Under the pieces are notes generated by a model. It was not told the DNA's origin, searched no databases, and saw nothing but the letters and a program-made list of their open reading frames with translations. This document shows positions 1 through 9,732 of a stretch of DNA of 64,000 nt, in pieces. The DNA lies in NCBI GenBank assembly GCA_964596875.1, contig CAZQVT010000002.1, positions 5,508 through 69,507 on the forward strand, in the 5' to 3' direction. This DNA comes from an uncultured Candidatus Saccharibacteria bacterium (GTDB lineage: Bacteria > Patescibacteriota > Minisyncoccia > Phycocordibacterales > DATDWN01). The translations under genes and the position numbers were made by a program. The first letter of the stretch is position 1. Every line of letters starts with the position of its first letter.

Positions 1-183
1 CAAACTCTACCAACTCTTTTAGATAAAACCTTATCACTTCGGCAAAGCTGACCGATGTAATCTTTTGAGTAGCCTGTTAGTGCTGATGCATCTTTAACAG
101 AAATGTATTTTTTATTTTCAAAAAATATATCCGAAACCATTGATGTAATTATATCCACTAAAAAAATATAATTCACCAAAATA

Positions 184-192
184 TGTGGATAA
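184..192 (-). promoter_or_regulatory. Perfect DnaA-box consensus (TTATCCACA on the minus strand; TGTGGATAA as written)
   Basis: Exact 9-mer match to the DnaA box consensus. It sits directly upstream of the iteron-like repeats. Confidence 0.5.
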
Positions 193-211
193 ATAAGGCT
201 TTCTCGTTTAA

Positions 212-285
212 CCGAGATTTTTTGGAATCCGAGATTTTGGAAAATTAGTTATCCGAGATTTTGGCAAAAAATGTTCCAGATTTTG
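212..285. repeat. Three to four direct repeats of (A/T)TCCGAGATTTTGG spaced about 17 to 24 bp apart (iteron-like)
   Basis: CCGAGATTTTTTGG at 212, TCCGAGATTTTGG at 228 and 252, and a degenerate CCAGATTTTG at about 275. This is seen directly in the sequence. Confidence 0.6.
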
Positions 286-534
286 TTCAGAACAAATTAG
301 GCATAAGTAAGAAAAATTTTATGAAAAATAATCATAAAAAAATGCCGCTGTGGTGGCCTAAAATGCCTCATATTTTACAACTCACTTGATTCCCGTAATA
401 TTCTATCCTAATCCAGATTAAACAGAGTTAGCGATATAATACAAAACCAAAGTTAGTTAAACATTATTAAAAATAGTTAGATATTACTATAGTTTTAGTA
501 TAGGATTATCAAGGTTTATAAATGTTTTAAATTA

Positions 535-915
535 TTATTTAATTGTTTTCAAATACTTTCTAATACTCTTTGGACTAACGCTTAGAGTCTCCTTGTTCTT
601 TGACTTAAGTATTATCGATATCTTTTCTGGTGACATTCCTTGTAGTGAATACTTTGTAATAAGTGCTTGAAGTTTAGTACTTCTGCCCACCTTATTTTGA
701 TTCGCTTTTTTAGTCTGCTGACGCTCTATGGCGTTTATATGTGCGTGGCTAGAACTGTATTTATCCTTACCTCCATTCCTGCTTATTTCTTCGCTTATGC
801 TTGATACACCTCTATCGAGTAGTGTTGCTATCTCAGTTACAGTTTTATTTGCCTTAAGCATCTTCTCGATCAGGAAACGCTCTTCTTTTTTAATATGTGA
901 TTTTTTATTTTTCAT
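535..915 (-). pseudogene. IS30-family transposase N-terminal HTH domain only. No DDE catalytic domain follows, so this is a truncated relic or a domesticated DNA-binding protein.
   Basis: Residues 10 to 80 (EERFLIEKMLKANKTVTEIATLLDRGVSSISEEISRN...) run parallel to the E. coli IS30 InsI HTH region (LSEREEIRAGLSAKMSIRAIATALNRSPSTISREVQRN). The ORF stops after 126 aa. No downstream ORF encodes a DDE domain. Confidence 0.5.
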
Positions 916-1429
916 GGATTCAGTAATAATACAACCTTCGTATTTAAAGGTAAAGGTTAATTTTAAAATATATGTTGATAATTCCCAATATATCGTTCAA
1001 AAGATACATGAAAGCCTAAGTTGTGGAGACAGATTATATGGGAATTAATCACGGTACTTGCTGCCCCTTTTATACCTCGTCAATCAATCAGTATTGGAAA
1101 TAAATCCTAACTGACTGCACTTACCCACTTCCTTCACAAATAGGCCAAATATAAGCAAATATACAGCATTACAGTCCATTATAATAAAACAAATCAATAG
1201 TTATATCTACACCATCACGTACCACAGATATAGTTATCGTAAAAGTAACTGATTGTGTGATGTTGTATTGGCCTGATCAGGACTAGGTGGGACATTATAT
1301 TGTTATCGAAGGCAAAGTGTACAAAAGCAATGTCCACACATTTCGCTAGAGAACATTGCTATTAATACATAAACCTAATAAAATATGTATATAAGTTTAT
1401 CAATGTTTATATCACTTTAAATTAACAAT

Positions 1430-1672
1430 ATGGCCAATCTTTACATAACAATCAAACAAGCATCAAAGATTCTTGGGGTATCTCCATTAACCCTACGCAA
1501 CTGGGACAACAACGGTAAACTGAAGGCTCACCGTCACCCCATGAACAACTACCGGGTTTACAAGATTGAAGACCTGGAAAAAGTGATCCATGAAATCGAG
1601 GTCAATGCAGGAATTCGAAAGAGTACAAAAAAAGAGGTTCATAAACTAATTGTTAAGCATTTAAGAGACTAA
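1430..1672 (+). CDS. MerR/excisionase-family HTH DNA-binding protein (AlpA/Xis-like), 80 aa
   Basis: IKQASKILGVSPLTLRNWDNNGKLKAHRHPMNNYRVYKIEDLEKV is the typical MerR-like excisionase HTH signature. Confidence 0.6.
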   Translation: MANLYITIKQASKILGVSPLTLRNWDNNGKLKAHRHPMNNYRVYKIEDLEKVIHEIEVNAGIRKSTKKEVHKLIVKHLRD

Positions 1673-1683
1673 AGTTCAAATAT

Positions 1684-1717
1684 AAAAAAATACCTCCGTC
1701 AAGAGGTATTTTTTTAT
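1684..1717. terminator. Bidirectional rho-independent terminator. The hairpin ATACCTCcgtcaaGAGGTAT is flanked by an A-run and a T-run.
   Basis: Seen in the sequence between the convergent HTH gene and gatB. Confidence 0.7.
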
Positions 1718-1738
1718 ATTTTTCAGATTGTGTATTTT

Positions 1739-3169
1739 TTATTTATTTAATATTTCTAGAATTATTTTTTTGAATACTTCTGGATTTACTGAACCTTTAC
1801 TTTCTTTCATCCCCTGCCCCACAAAAAACTGAAGTAGTGATTCTTTTCCAGATTTATATTCTGCAACTGAATCAGGATTTTCTGAAATAATTTTTTCTGC
1901 CATTCTTTTTATTTCTTCGATATCGTTTTTTTGTATCAATCCTTTTTCGTTTGCGATTACTTCTGCATCACCACCTGTTTCAAAAAGTATTTTCAAAATA
2001 TCTTTTGCTCCACGTGATGATAAGTCGCCTCGACCAATCATCTTGATTAGTTTTACAAAACTATCTATTTCGATCTTACCAACCACAAAGTCTTGTTTTA
2101 GAGTCTTTGAAAAACCTACAATATCTGAGGTTATATAGTTTGAGGCGGTTTGAACCAACTGCCCCTCCCCCAAAAGTCCGGCCACCTTTTCGAAAAAGTC
2201 ACTAGCCTCCCTATTACCAATATATACCTCGATGTCAGAATCTTTCACGCCAAAGTCTTTTGAAAGTCTCTGTCTTTTTAGTTCTGGTATTTCTGGTAAG
2301 TCTTTTGAAAGAGTGTCGCTAGAAAATTCTGGGATCTCACTTATTATAAGTTTTGGTAAATCTGGATCTGGGAAGTACCTATAGTCGTTTGCTGACTCTT
2401 TTAGTCTTTGTGAAAATGTTGAACCTTTGTTTTCATCCCATCCCCTAGTTTCCTGAACCACCTGTTTTCCATCTTCTAGTAAAGCGACCTGTCGTTTGAA
2501 TTCATAGTCAATTGCTTTTCCTGCTGCCTTAAAAGAGTTTATATTTTTTACTTCTACTTTTGTTCCAAATTTTTCTGTATCTGAAACTGAGATATTTACC
2601 TCGACTCGCATTTCGCCCTTTTCCATATTTGCATCTGATACATTTAAATACTGGAGTAGGAGTTGTAGTTCTTTAGCAAAATTCATAGCCTGTTCACTAC
2701 TGTGTATGACTGGCTCAGTCACAAGTTCAAGAAGTGGCACTCCGGCACGGTTATAATCAACCAAACTAACACCCGGTGTTTCGTGGGATGAGCGGGCTGT
2801 GTCTTCTTCTAGGTGTATTCTTGTTAACTCTACACCTGAAATAGATCCTCCTTGTACCAGAGGATATTTGTACTGACTTATCTGATAACCCTTTGGTATA
2901 TCTGGATAAAAGTAGTTTTTACGGTCAAACTCAGTGAAATCGGCCAGTTTACTGCCTATAGAGTGACCCACAAGAAGCACTTTTCTAACAGCCTCCTTGT
3001 TTATAGTAGGTAATGTTCCCGGGTGACCCATGCAAACAGGGCAAATATTAGTATTTGGAGCAACTTCTGTTTTATCAAATGAGCTGTTTTTACAGCCACA
3101 AAACATCTTGCTCTTGGTATTGAGTTCGGCGTGTATCTCTAGCCCAATTGTCATCTTGTACTTATTCAT
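1739..3169 (-). CDS. gatB: Asp-tRNA(Asn)/Glu-tRNA(Gln) amidotransferase subunit B
   Basis: The N-terminus MTIGLEIHAELNTKSKMFCGC and the overall GatB layout are recognised. Confidence 0.93.
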   Translation of the reverse strand: MNKYKMTIGLEIHAELNTKSKMFCGCKNSSFDKTEVAPNTNICPVCMGHPGTLPTINKEAVRKVLLVGHSIGSKLADFTEFDRKNYFYPDIPKGYQISQYKYPLVQGGSISGVELTRIHLEEDTARSSHETPGVSLVDYNRAGVPLLELVTEPVIHSSEQAMNFAKELQLLLQYLNVSDANMEKGEMRVEVNISVSDTEKFGTKVEVKNINSFKAAGKAIDYEFKRQVALLEDGKQVVQETRGWDENKGSTFSQRLKESANDYRYFPDPDLPKLIISEIPEFSSDTLSKDLPEIPELKRQRLSKDFGVKDSDIEVYIGNREASDFFEKVAGLLGEGQLVQTASNYITSDIVGFSKTLKQDFVVGKIEIDSFVKLIKMIGRGDLSSRGAKDILKILFETGGDAEVIANEKGLIQKNDIEEIKRMAEKIISENPDSVAEYKSGKESLLQFFVGQGMKESKGSVNPEVFKKIILEILNK

Positions 3170-3191
3170 AACCTTAATTTACACTAAAATA

Positions 3192-4157
3192 CTACATTTT
3201 CCTAAGCATTTTTACCAACTCATCACTTAAGTTTTTTACTGATTGGTCATCCAAAATAGACACGTCGAGAACATTTTTATTCTTCTTTTTTAAGGTTGCA
3301 ATTAGTTTCTTTAGATCCTTTGGGTCGATAGTATCTGTTTTTGTTACCAAAATAGTCTCGGGTTTATCTAACAGTTCCTTATCATACTTACCCAACTCTT
3401 CTCTTATAAGAGTATAGTCTTCCAAAGGTTTTGGATTTTCAGCAGAAATACAATGAAGCAATGCTTTTGTTCTTGAGATATGTTTTAGAAAATTATGACC
3501 TAGTCCCTTCCCTGCCGAAGCACCCTCAATAAGTCCTGGAATGTCTGCCAAAACAAAACCGTACAAGTCGCCTAGGTTTGGTGCAATAGTTGTAAACTGA
3601 TAACTTCCCACTTTTGCTCGAGCCTTTGTAAGAGAGTTTAGTAAGCTTGATTTACCTGCATTAGGCAAACCAACCATACCAAGGTCTACTACAAGTTTAA
3701 GTTCTATCTGAAAAACTCCACCTTGCCCAACCTTACCAAGGGTTCTCTGTTTTGGGTTTATATTTCTCGGACCCTTAAAGTGTGTGTTGCCGTAACCTCT
3801 GTTTCCGCCCCGCAAAAAGAATATGGGCTCCTTATCCAAAACCTCTACAAACTTTGATGTTTCTACATCTTTTACAATACTACCGATAGGAAGTTCAATT
3901 ATTAGGTCTTCGCCAGCCTTTCCATTCATACAGTTTTTGCCACCCGGACTACCGTCCTCAGCCTTAAAAGATTTAACGAACTTGTATTTTGAAAGATAAC
4001 CTATATCAGAAACACCCTTAAGGTAGACATCTCCACCTCTTCCTCCATCACCACCTCCCGGACCAGCATGATCTATACCCTTAACATGCATCCAAGAAAC
4101 GATACCGTCACCACCCTTTCCGGCGTGGATCTCTACAGTTAGTTCATCTATAAACAT
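3192..4157 (-). CDS. obg: GTPase Obg
   Basis: The Obg fold N-terminus (glycine-rich GGDGGRGGDV) is followed by the G domain GLPNAGKSSLLN...DIPGLIEGAS. Confidence 0.9.
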   Translation of the reverse strand: MFIDELTVEIHAGKGGDGIVSWMHVKGIDHAGPGGGDGGRGGDVYLKGVSDIGYLSKYKFVKSFKAEDGSPGGKNCMNGKAGEDLIIELPIGSIVKDVETSKFVEVLDKEPIFFLRGGNRGYGNTHFKGPRNINPKQRTLGKVGQGGVFQIELKLVVDLGMVGLPNAGKSSLLNSLTKARAKVGSYQFTTIAPNLGDLYGFVLADIPGLIEGASAGKGLGHNFLKHISRTKALLHCISAENPKPLEDYTLIREELGKYDKELLDKPETILVTKTDTIDPKDLKKLIATLKKKNKNVLDVSILDDQSVKNLSDELVKMLRKM

Positions 4158-4339
4158 ATGGGTACTCTATCAGAAAAACCCTCTCAAACCAAATGCATCT
4201 CAAAAAACACTTGCATAGATTTTTAGTATTTGATATACACTACCAGTTATCCACAAAAAGTTGTAAAAATATTGTTTCCAAAATAAACAATATTTGATAC
4301 AAATTATTTAATTATTATTGAAAATAACACATTTAAAAC

Positions 4340-4561
4340 ATGAGTGATGACGAAAAAGAATTAGAGGAAGGTGAAGGTGGTGTGATAAATCCTGATCTAC
4401 TTGAAGAAGGACTTGGAGACGAAGAAGTGGATCTTGAGGAAAGAGATGATGGTTTTGGTGATGATGATGGAGATGGAGATGTTTCACTTTCGAAAGCCGC
4501 TGACGACGAGGATGCAGAAGGAGCCGAGTCCGATAAATATGACGACATAGATCTATTATAA
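4340..4561 (+). CDS. Hypothetical highly acidic small protein (73 aa, about 45% D/E)
   Basis: The ORF is followed at once by a strong terminator. The antisense ORFs are low-complexity Ser- or His-rich. There is no SD, and the coding strand is uncertain. Confidence 0.3.
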   Translation: MSDDEKELEEGEGGVINPDLLEEGLGDEEVDLEERDDGFGDDDGDGDVSLSKAADDEDAEGAESDKYDDIDLL

Positions 4562-4568
4562 ACAAAAA

Positions 4569-4592
4569 ACCCGGAGTACTCCGGGTTTTTTG
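4569..4592. terminator. Bidirectional terminator. The hairpin ACCCGGAGTACTCCGGGT is followed by a T-run.
   Basis: Perfect palindromic stem between the acidic ORF and the tyrS 3' end. Confidence 0.7.
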
Positions 4593-4593
4593 T

Positions 4594-5817
4594 TTATAAA
4601 ACTTTTATTTTAATAAATCTCCTCTTGCCTATCTTGTAGACTCCATTTGAAACAACGGCATCTGCATTACTTACTTTTTCTCCACTCTCTATATTTGTGA
4701 CTGCTCCTTCAGAAATAAGTCTTCTGAATTCTGTTTTTGAGATTATGATTTGATTTATCATTAAGATATCACAAAGTGATGCACCTTCGGCAACACTTAC
4801 TTCTACAACATCTTCTGGCACTCCACCCTTTGCAAAAGTATTTTCAAAAGCATCCTCTGCCTTCTTTGCAGACTTTTCATCAAAACAAATTTTCACCAAC
4901 TCTCTAGCCAAAAACATTTTGTACTCCTTTGGATTTTTACCTGAGTCGAGAGATTCTTTTACTGACTCTATGTCACTTACTGGAACATCAGTTATGATTT
5001 CTAATCCCGGAACAATCATTTCATCTCCCCAACTCATAACCTTTCCGTACATTTCCTCAGCAGACTGGTCTAAGGAAACCATATTGTTTTCAGTCTTGCC
5101 CATCTTTTTACCACTTGGGTCTACCAAAAGTTTTGTAGCAAATACAAATTTTTCTTTATTTTTTAGCGTTTTTAAAAGGTCTCTCCCTGCCAACATATTC
5201 CAAGTCTGGTCATTACCGCCTATTTCCCCGTCTACCCCCATTGCAACAGAGTCATATCCCTGCATTAGTGGATACATAAACTCTGAAAGATTTATGGGCT
5301 TACCTTCCTCCATTCTTTTTGCAAACATTTCTCTTTCTAACATTTGTTGAACTGTAAAATTTGTAGAAAGTTCCAAAACATCAGCAAAAGACATTTTTCC
5401 AAGCCACTCTGAGTTAAATTTGAATTCCGCAGGATTACTTCCAGAGAAATCTATAAACCTCGATGCTTGTTTTTTGTAGTTTTTTAAGTTGTTTAAAACC
5501 TCCTGACGTGTAAGTTTTTTACGTGTTGCCGTCTTATCTGTAGGGTCTCCAATCATTGCGGTAAAATCCCCCATTAGAAGTATTATTTTGTGACCGAGTT
5601 TTTGAAACTTAGACAATTTAATAAGTGGTATCAAGTGCCCCAAATGCAGCGTTGGACCAGTCGGGTCAATACCAAGATAGATAGTTAATTTTTCCCCCTT
5701 TAACATTCTGGATTTTAAAAAATCCTTGTTAGGAAAGACGTTTTCAACGCCACGAGTAATCAAAGATTCTATCTCCTTTTCATCAGTTAAAACTTTAGAT
5801 TTTCTGAAATTAAACAT
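4594..5817 (-). CDS. tyrS: Tyrosyl-tRNA synthetase with a C-terminal S4-like domain
   Basis: HIGH motif (HLGHLIPL) and KMSKS motif (KMGKT). Confidence 0.95.
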   Translation of the reverse strand: MFNFRKSKVLTDEKEIESLITRGVENVFPNKDFLKSRMLKGEKLTIYLGIDPTGPTLHLGHLIPLIKLSKFQKLGHKIILLMGDFTAMIGDPTDKTATRKKLTRQEVLNNLKNYKKQASRFIDFSGSNPAEFKFNSEWLGKMSFADVLELSTNFTVQQMLEREMFAKRMEEGKPINLSEFMYPLMQGYDSVAMGVDGEIGGNDQTWNMLAGRDLLKTLKNKEKFVFATKLLVDPSGKKMGKTENNMVSLDQSAEEMYGKVMSWGDEMIVPGLEIITDVPVSDIESVKESLDSGKNPKEYKMFLARELVKICFDEKSAKKAEDAFENTFAKGGVPEDVVEVSVAEGASLCDILMINQIIISKTEFRRLISEGAVTNIESGEKVSNADAVVSNGVYKIGKRRFIKIKVL

Positions 5818-5854
5818 GTTAATACTTTACCACAAATGTGCTAAAATACGAGTT

Positions 5855-8017
5855 ATGTCTAAAAATCTAATTAAAAAGCACGGGTTAAGAAATGTGTTTA
5901 TATTTTTGCTTAGTTCAGGAATTATCCTGCTTGGCATGATGCTAATTTGGGTCTCTACCTTTAAAGTTCCTTCTCTGGACACTATAGAGGCCAGAAAAGT
6001 AAGTCAGTCCACAAAAATATATGACAGCACTGGAAAGGTTTTACTTTATGACGTATATCAAAAAGCAAAAAGGACTCTAGTTCCTTTTGATGAGATCTCA
6101 AATAACATAAAAGTCGCTACAGTTTCAATTGAAGATAAAGACTTTTACACACACAAAGGTTTCAAACCTACTTCTTTTTTAAGAGCGATAGTTGTTAATG
6201 CTGTTTCTGCGGGGTACTCTCAGGGTGGGTCAACGATAACTCAACAGGTTGTAAAAAATTCTCTGCTTACAGGAGACAAAAGTTTTTTTGGTGGACCAAC
6301 TAGAAAACTAAAAGAAATCGCTCTGTCACTTAAACTAGAAAAAATTCTTACTAAAAACGAGATCCTTTCTATGTATCTAAATGAAAATCCTTACGGAGGC
6401 ACTATATATGGTGTCGAAGAAGCAAGTCAGGCTTTCTTTGGAAAGTCTTCTAGGGATGTAACTTTGGCTGAAGCCGCATATCTTGCCGCAATCCCCCAAG
6501 CACCTTCAAGACTCTCTCCTTACGGCCCAAATAAAAATAAGTTAGACGAAAGAAAAAATCTAGTCCTTAGAGAAATGGTGGAAGATGGCAAACTAACAGA
6601 AGAACAATATCAAGAAGCATCTAAAGAAATTGTGGAATTTTTGCCAAAATCAACATCGGGAATAAAGGCTCCACATTTTGTAATGTTTGTTAAAGATTAT
6701 CTCGAACAAAAATACGGTAAAGATGTTCTTGAACAAGGCGGATTAAAGGTCACAACGACTCTAAACTACGAACTCCAGGCAAAAGCTGAAGAAATAGCAC
6801 TTAAATACGCGACAATAAACGAGAAAAATTTTAATGGTAAAAATGATGCCTTTGTAGCAATCGATCCGAAAACAGGTGGAATACTAACCATGGTTGGTTC
6901 AAGAGACTATTTCGACAAAACTATGGATGGAAACTTTAATGTGACCACTGCTCACAGACAACCAGGATCTACTTTTAAACCATTCGTTTATGCAGAAGCT
7001 TTTATAAAAGGTTACACACCTGACACGGTTTTGTTCGACCTAAAAACACAATTTTCTACAAAATGTCCGAAGGAAGACATGACTAGTGAAAACGGTTGCT
7101 ACTCGCCAAGTAACTACGATGATAAATTCAGAGGACCAATGACTCTGAGAGACGCCTTGGCTCAGTCTATAAACGTACCAGCAGTAAAAACTTTGTACCT
7201 TGCTGGCATCAAGGATTCCATAGATCTCGCAGAAAACATGGGAATTACAGGTCTTGGTGATGCGAACCAATATGGACTAACTCTAGTTCTTGGAGGTGGT
7301 GAAGTTTCTTTGCTTGAAATGACATCTGCTTATGGCGTATTTGCAACCGAAGGAGTAAGAAACCCTTATATAAGTATATTAAAAGTGGAAGACAACACCG
7401 GAAAAGTCTTGGAGGAATTTAAACCTAGACCAACTACAGTACTAGATGCAGAAGTGGCAAGAAAAATATCTGACATCTTGTCAGACAATGTGGCACGAAC
7501 TCCTCTTTATGGGCCAAATTCCGCTGTTTACTTTGGAGACAGACAGGTTGCAGTAAAAACCGGTACAACAAACGATTACAAAGACGCCTGGACTATTGGA
7601 TACACTCCAAACGTCGTAGTTGGTACTTGGGCTGGCAACAACGACAACACTCCTATGGAGAAAAAAGTGTCTGGTCTTATTGTTGCGCCTATGTGGCGAG
7701 CATTTATGGATGAAGTTTTAAAAACTGTACCTCCTGAAAACTTTAACAAGCCTCAGACTGAAGATTCTTACGACCTAAAACCTGTACTTCGAGGCAAATG
7801 GCAAGGAGGAATCTCTAGTGTGGTCACAAACGGAACCTCAGATATCCCTTACAACTCTGTTCAAGAGACGCTTTCTGGTGGAGTTCACTCTATTCTTTAC
7901 TGGCTAGATAAAAATAACCCTAGAGGAACCAGTGAGATAATCCCAGAAAGTGATCCTCAATTTGAAAGATGGGAGTACCCTATTAGACTATGGGCAACTG
8001 CCCAGGGGTTACAGTAG
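5855..8017 (+). CDS. Class A penicillin-binding protein (bifunctional transglycosylase/transpeptidase, PBP1A-type)
   Basis: N-terminal TM, then glycosyltransferase motifs (EDKDFYTHKGF, GGSTITQQ), then a transpeptidase domain (SxxK STFKPF, KTGTT). The start is placed at the ATG at 5855 to avoid the 90-nt antisense overlap with tyrS. Confidence 0.9.
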   Translation: MSKNLIKKHGLRNVFIFLLSSGIILLGMMLIWVSTFKVPSLDTIEARKVSQSTKIYDSTGKVLLYDVYQKAKRTLVPFDEISNNIKVATVSIEDKDFYTHKGFKPTSFLRAIVVNAVSAGYSQGGSTITQQVVKNSLLTGDKSFFGGPTRKLKEIALSLKLEKILTKNEILSMYLNENPYGGTIYGVEEASQAFFGKSSRDVTLAEAAYLAAIPQAPSRLSPYGPNKNKLDERKNLVLREMVEDGKLTEEQYQEASKEIVEFLPKSTSGIKAPHFVMFVKDYLEQKYGKDVLEQGGLKVTTTLNYELQAKAEEIALKYATINEKNFNGKNDAFVAIDPKTGGILTMVGSRDYFDKTMDGNFNVTTAHRQPGSTFKPFVYAEAFIKGYTPDTVLFDLKTQFSTKCPKEDMTSENGCYSPSNYDDKFRGPMTLRDALAQSINVPAVKTLYLAGIKDSIDLAENMGITGLGDANQYGLTLVLGGGEVSLLEMTSAYGVFATEGVRNPYISILKVEDNTGKVLEEFKPRPTTVLDAEVARKISDILSDNVARTPLYGPNSAVYFGDRQVAVKTGTTNDYKDAWTIGYTPNVVVGTWAGNNDNTPMEKKVSGLIVAPMWRAFMDEVLKTVPPENFNKPQTEDSYDLKPVLRGKWQGGISSVVTNGTSDIPYNSVQETLSGGVHSILYWLDKNNPRGTSEIIPESDPQFERWEYPIRLWATAQGLQ

Positions 8018-8296
8018 CTATCTAATGTCTACATTTTTAATAGCAGTCTCCTTCTCTATTTCATTTTTAATTTTCTCTTTAAAAATAAATATTTTATTTT
8101 TAGCTAGTGGAGAAATTTTTAACAATATTTGATTATTTCGCAACTCGAAATCCCCTACTTTTATACCAAGTCCTGTGTTTCTGTTTATTATTTCTACAAT
8201 AGTACTGTTTATTACTTCTCCTGAATTTAAGTTTTTTTTAATTTTTTCTAAGTATTTAGAGATATTTAACATAAATTTGTATTTAAAGACTTTCAA
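8018..8296 (-). CDS. Small protein, possibly DciA/DUF721-like
   Basis: 92 aa, located immediately downstream of dnaN. It has a weak DUF721-like pattern. The call rests on synteny. Confidence 0.35.
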   Translation of the reverse strand: MKVFKYKFMLNISKYLEKIKKNLNSGEVINSTIVEIINRNTGLGIKVGDFELRNNQILLKISPLAKNKIFIFKEKIKNEIEKETAIKNVDIR

Positions 8297-8307
8297 AAAA
8301 TTAGTTA

Positions 8308-8414
8308 AATTGCTTTAGATACTAGGTAATGAAGGGTTTTATGAGGGAGCCTTACATATAGTAAGGTGAGTGAAATAAAACTCTTCAGCAACAAAGTAGA
8401 TGAAGTAATTTTAC
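8308..8414. repeat. Type-C hairpin repeat, copy 1 (AAATTGCTTTAGATAC...GAGCCTTACatataGTAAGGTGAGTGA...CAACAAAGTAGATGAAGTAATTTTA)
   Basis: About 85% identical to 34125..34229. Both copies lie just 3' of a minus-strand gene (dnaN, rpsO). Confidence 0.8.
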
Positions 8415-8420
8415 TAATTT

Positions 8421-9521
8421 TTACTTGTTCATTGGCATAACCAGGTAAAGGAAGGACTTATCCGAAACACCCTGTATCACCATAGGCCTGTTTGTGTCTG
8501 AAAAAACCAAAGTAATACTGTCTGAATCTATAGACTGAAAACAGTCGGTTATGTATTTATAATTAAAACTAATATTCAAATCCTCCCCTTTTAAAACCGC
8601 GTCTATACTACTTGTATTTTCTCCAACATCTATATTTTTAGTTAAAATCTTAAACATTTTGTTTTTAGGAGAAATTTTAAAGGTAACCTGACTAAATTTG
8701 TCAGCAAAAATATTTGAGATTTTTAGAGAACTTACTAGGTCTTGTTTTAATACCGTAACTTCTGTTTTTATATCCTTAGGTATAATCTGTTTATAGTCAG
8801 GAAAAACACCGTCTATTACTCTAGAAGTTATATATACTTCACTGTATGAAAAAGCTATTTGATTTTCATCCAAATAAACAAAAATATCGTCCTTAGTGTC
8901 TTCTATAACTCTTATAATCTCCCCTATATTTTTAACTGGTATCAAAATCTGATTAAATTCCTTATGCTTTTTAACACCTATCCTTTTTTCACTTAGTCTA
9001 AATGAGTCAGTAGCAACAAAAACAACATCATCGTCTTCTGATAGTAATAAAACACTAGATAGTGTCGGTCTGATAGTTGAGTTTGAGGCACTATACATTA
9101 CAGACTTAAATCCTTTTATAAGATTTGGAGCGTTGAAAGTAAAAGGATTTTGGTTTGTTACTTTTGGTATGTTTGGGAAATCATCTATTGAGTATGATTT
9201 TATTATAGACTCAGAGTGATTTGTAGAGATTTTTAGGTTTCCTTCAACCTCTTCTAGGGTTACATTCTTATCATTTATTATGTTTGATATAAAACTGTAT
9301 AAAACACTTCCAGATACAGCGATTTTACCCGGCTTGTTTACCTTTACTGGTATACTTATCTCTATACCCAAATCAAGGTTAGTTGCTTTTATAGTAAGAG
9401 TGGAGCCTTGTGCCTCTAATAATACACAACTCAATATAGGTAGAGTTATATTTTTACCAGTTATTTTCTCTACCTTTCCAATAGCGTATGAAAGTTTGTC
9501 TTTAATGCATTCAATATTCAT
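8421..9521 (-). CDS. dnaN: DNA polymerase III beta sliding clamp
   Basis: 366 aa with a three-domain clamp layout, immediately downstream of dnaA. Confidence 0.93.
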   Translation of the reverse strand: MNIECIKDKLSYAIGKVEKITGKNITLPILSCVLLEAQGSTLTIKATNLDLGIEISIPVKVNKPGKIAVSGSVLYSFISNIINDKNVTLEEVEGNLKISTNHSESIIKSYSIDDFPNIPKVTNQNPFTFNAPNLIKGFKSVMYSASNSTIRPTLSSVLLLSEDDDVVFVATDSFRLSEKRIGVKKHKEFNQILIPVKNIGEIIRVIEDTKDDIFVYLDENQIAFSYSEVYITSRVIDGVFPDYKQIIPKDIKTEVTVLKQDLVSSLKISNIFADKFSQVTFKISPKNKMFKILTKNIDVGENTSSIDAVLKGEDLNISFNYKYITDCFQSIDSDSITLVFSDTNRPMVIQGVSDKSFLYLVMPMNK

Positions 9522-9732
9522 AGTATTAGTTTATTTATTTTATTTAAAGAATTCTAATTATATAGACTGTGTATAACTGGATAACTCGATAAAACTCTTA
9601 TTTATAGCCCTAATTCTAGAGAGGTTATGTGGATAACCTTGTTAAAACGATTGATAACTCTTTATTGGGGATATCTAATGAACAGTTTTTAATGATTTAC
9701 CAATAACTTATATACACACTATACACAATCTT
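9522..9732. promoter_or_regulatory. Candidate oriC / DnaA-box cluster in the dnaA-dnaN spacer
   Basis: TGTGGATAA (rc TTATCCACA) at 9628..9636, TGGATAACT at 9578, TTGATAACT at 9651, and TTATATACACA / CTATACACA near 9700. Confidence 0.55.

Noticed and set aside
728-1048. 106-aa + strand ORF overlapping the IS30-HTH ORF in antisense
   Set aside because: Hydrophobic low-complexity translation, entirely antisense to a gene with a clear family signature. Most likely spurious.
4308-4565. His-rich and Ser-rich minus-strand ORFs (85 and 71 aa) antisense to the acidic ORF
   Set aside because: Low-complexity products, typical of antisense reading of a D/E-rich codon run. Only one of the three can be real, and none is certain.
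5726-5854. N-terminal extension of the PBP ORF overlapping tyrS by 90 nt
   Set aside because: The extension has no TM or PBP features and overlaps the convergent tyrS start. The ATG at 5855 gives a normal basic-then-TM N-terminus.
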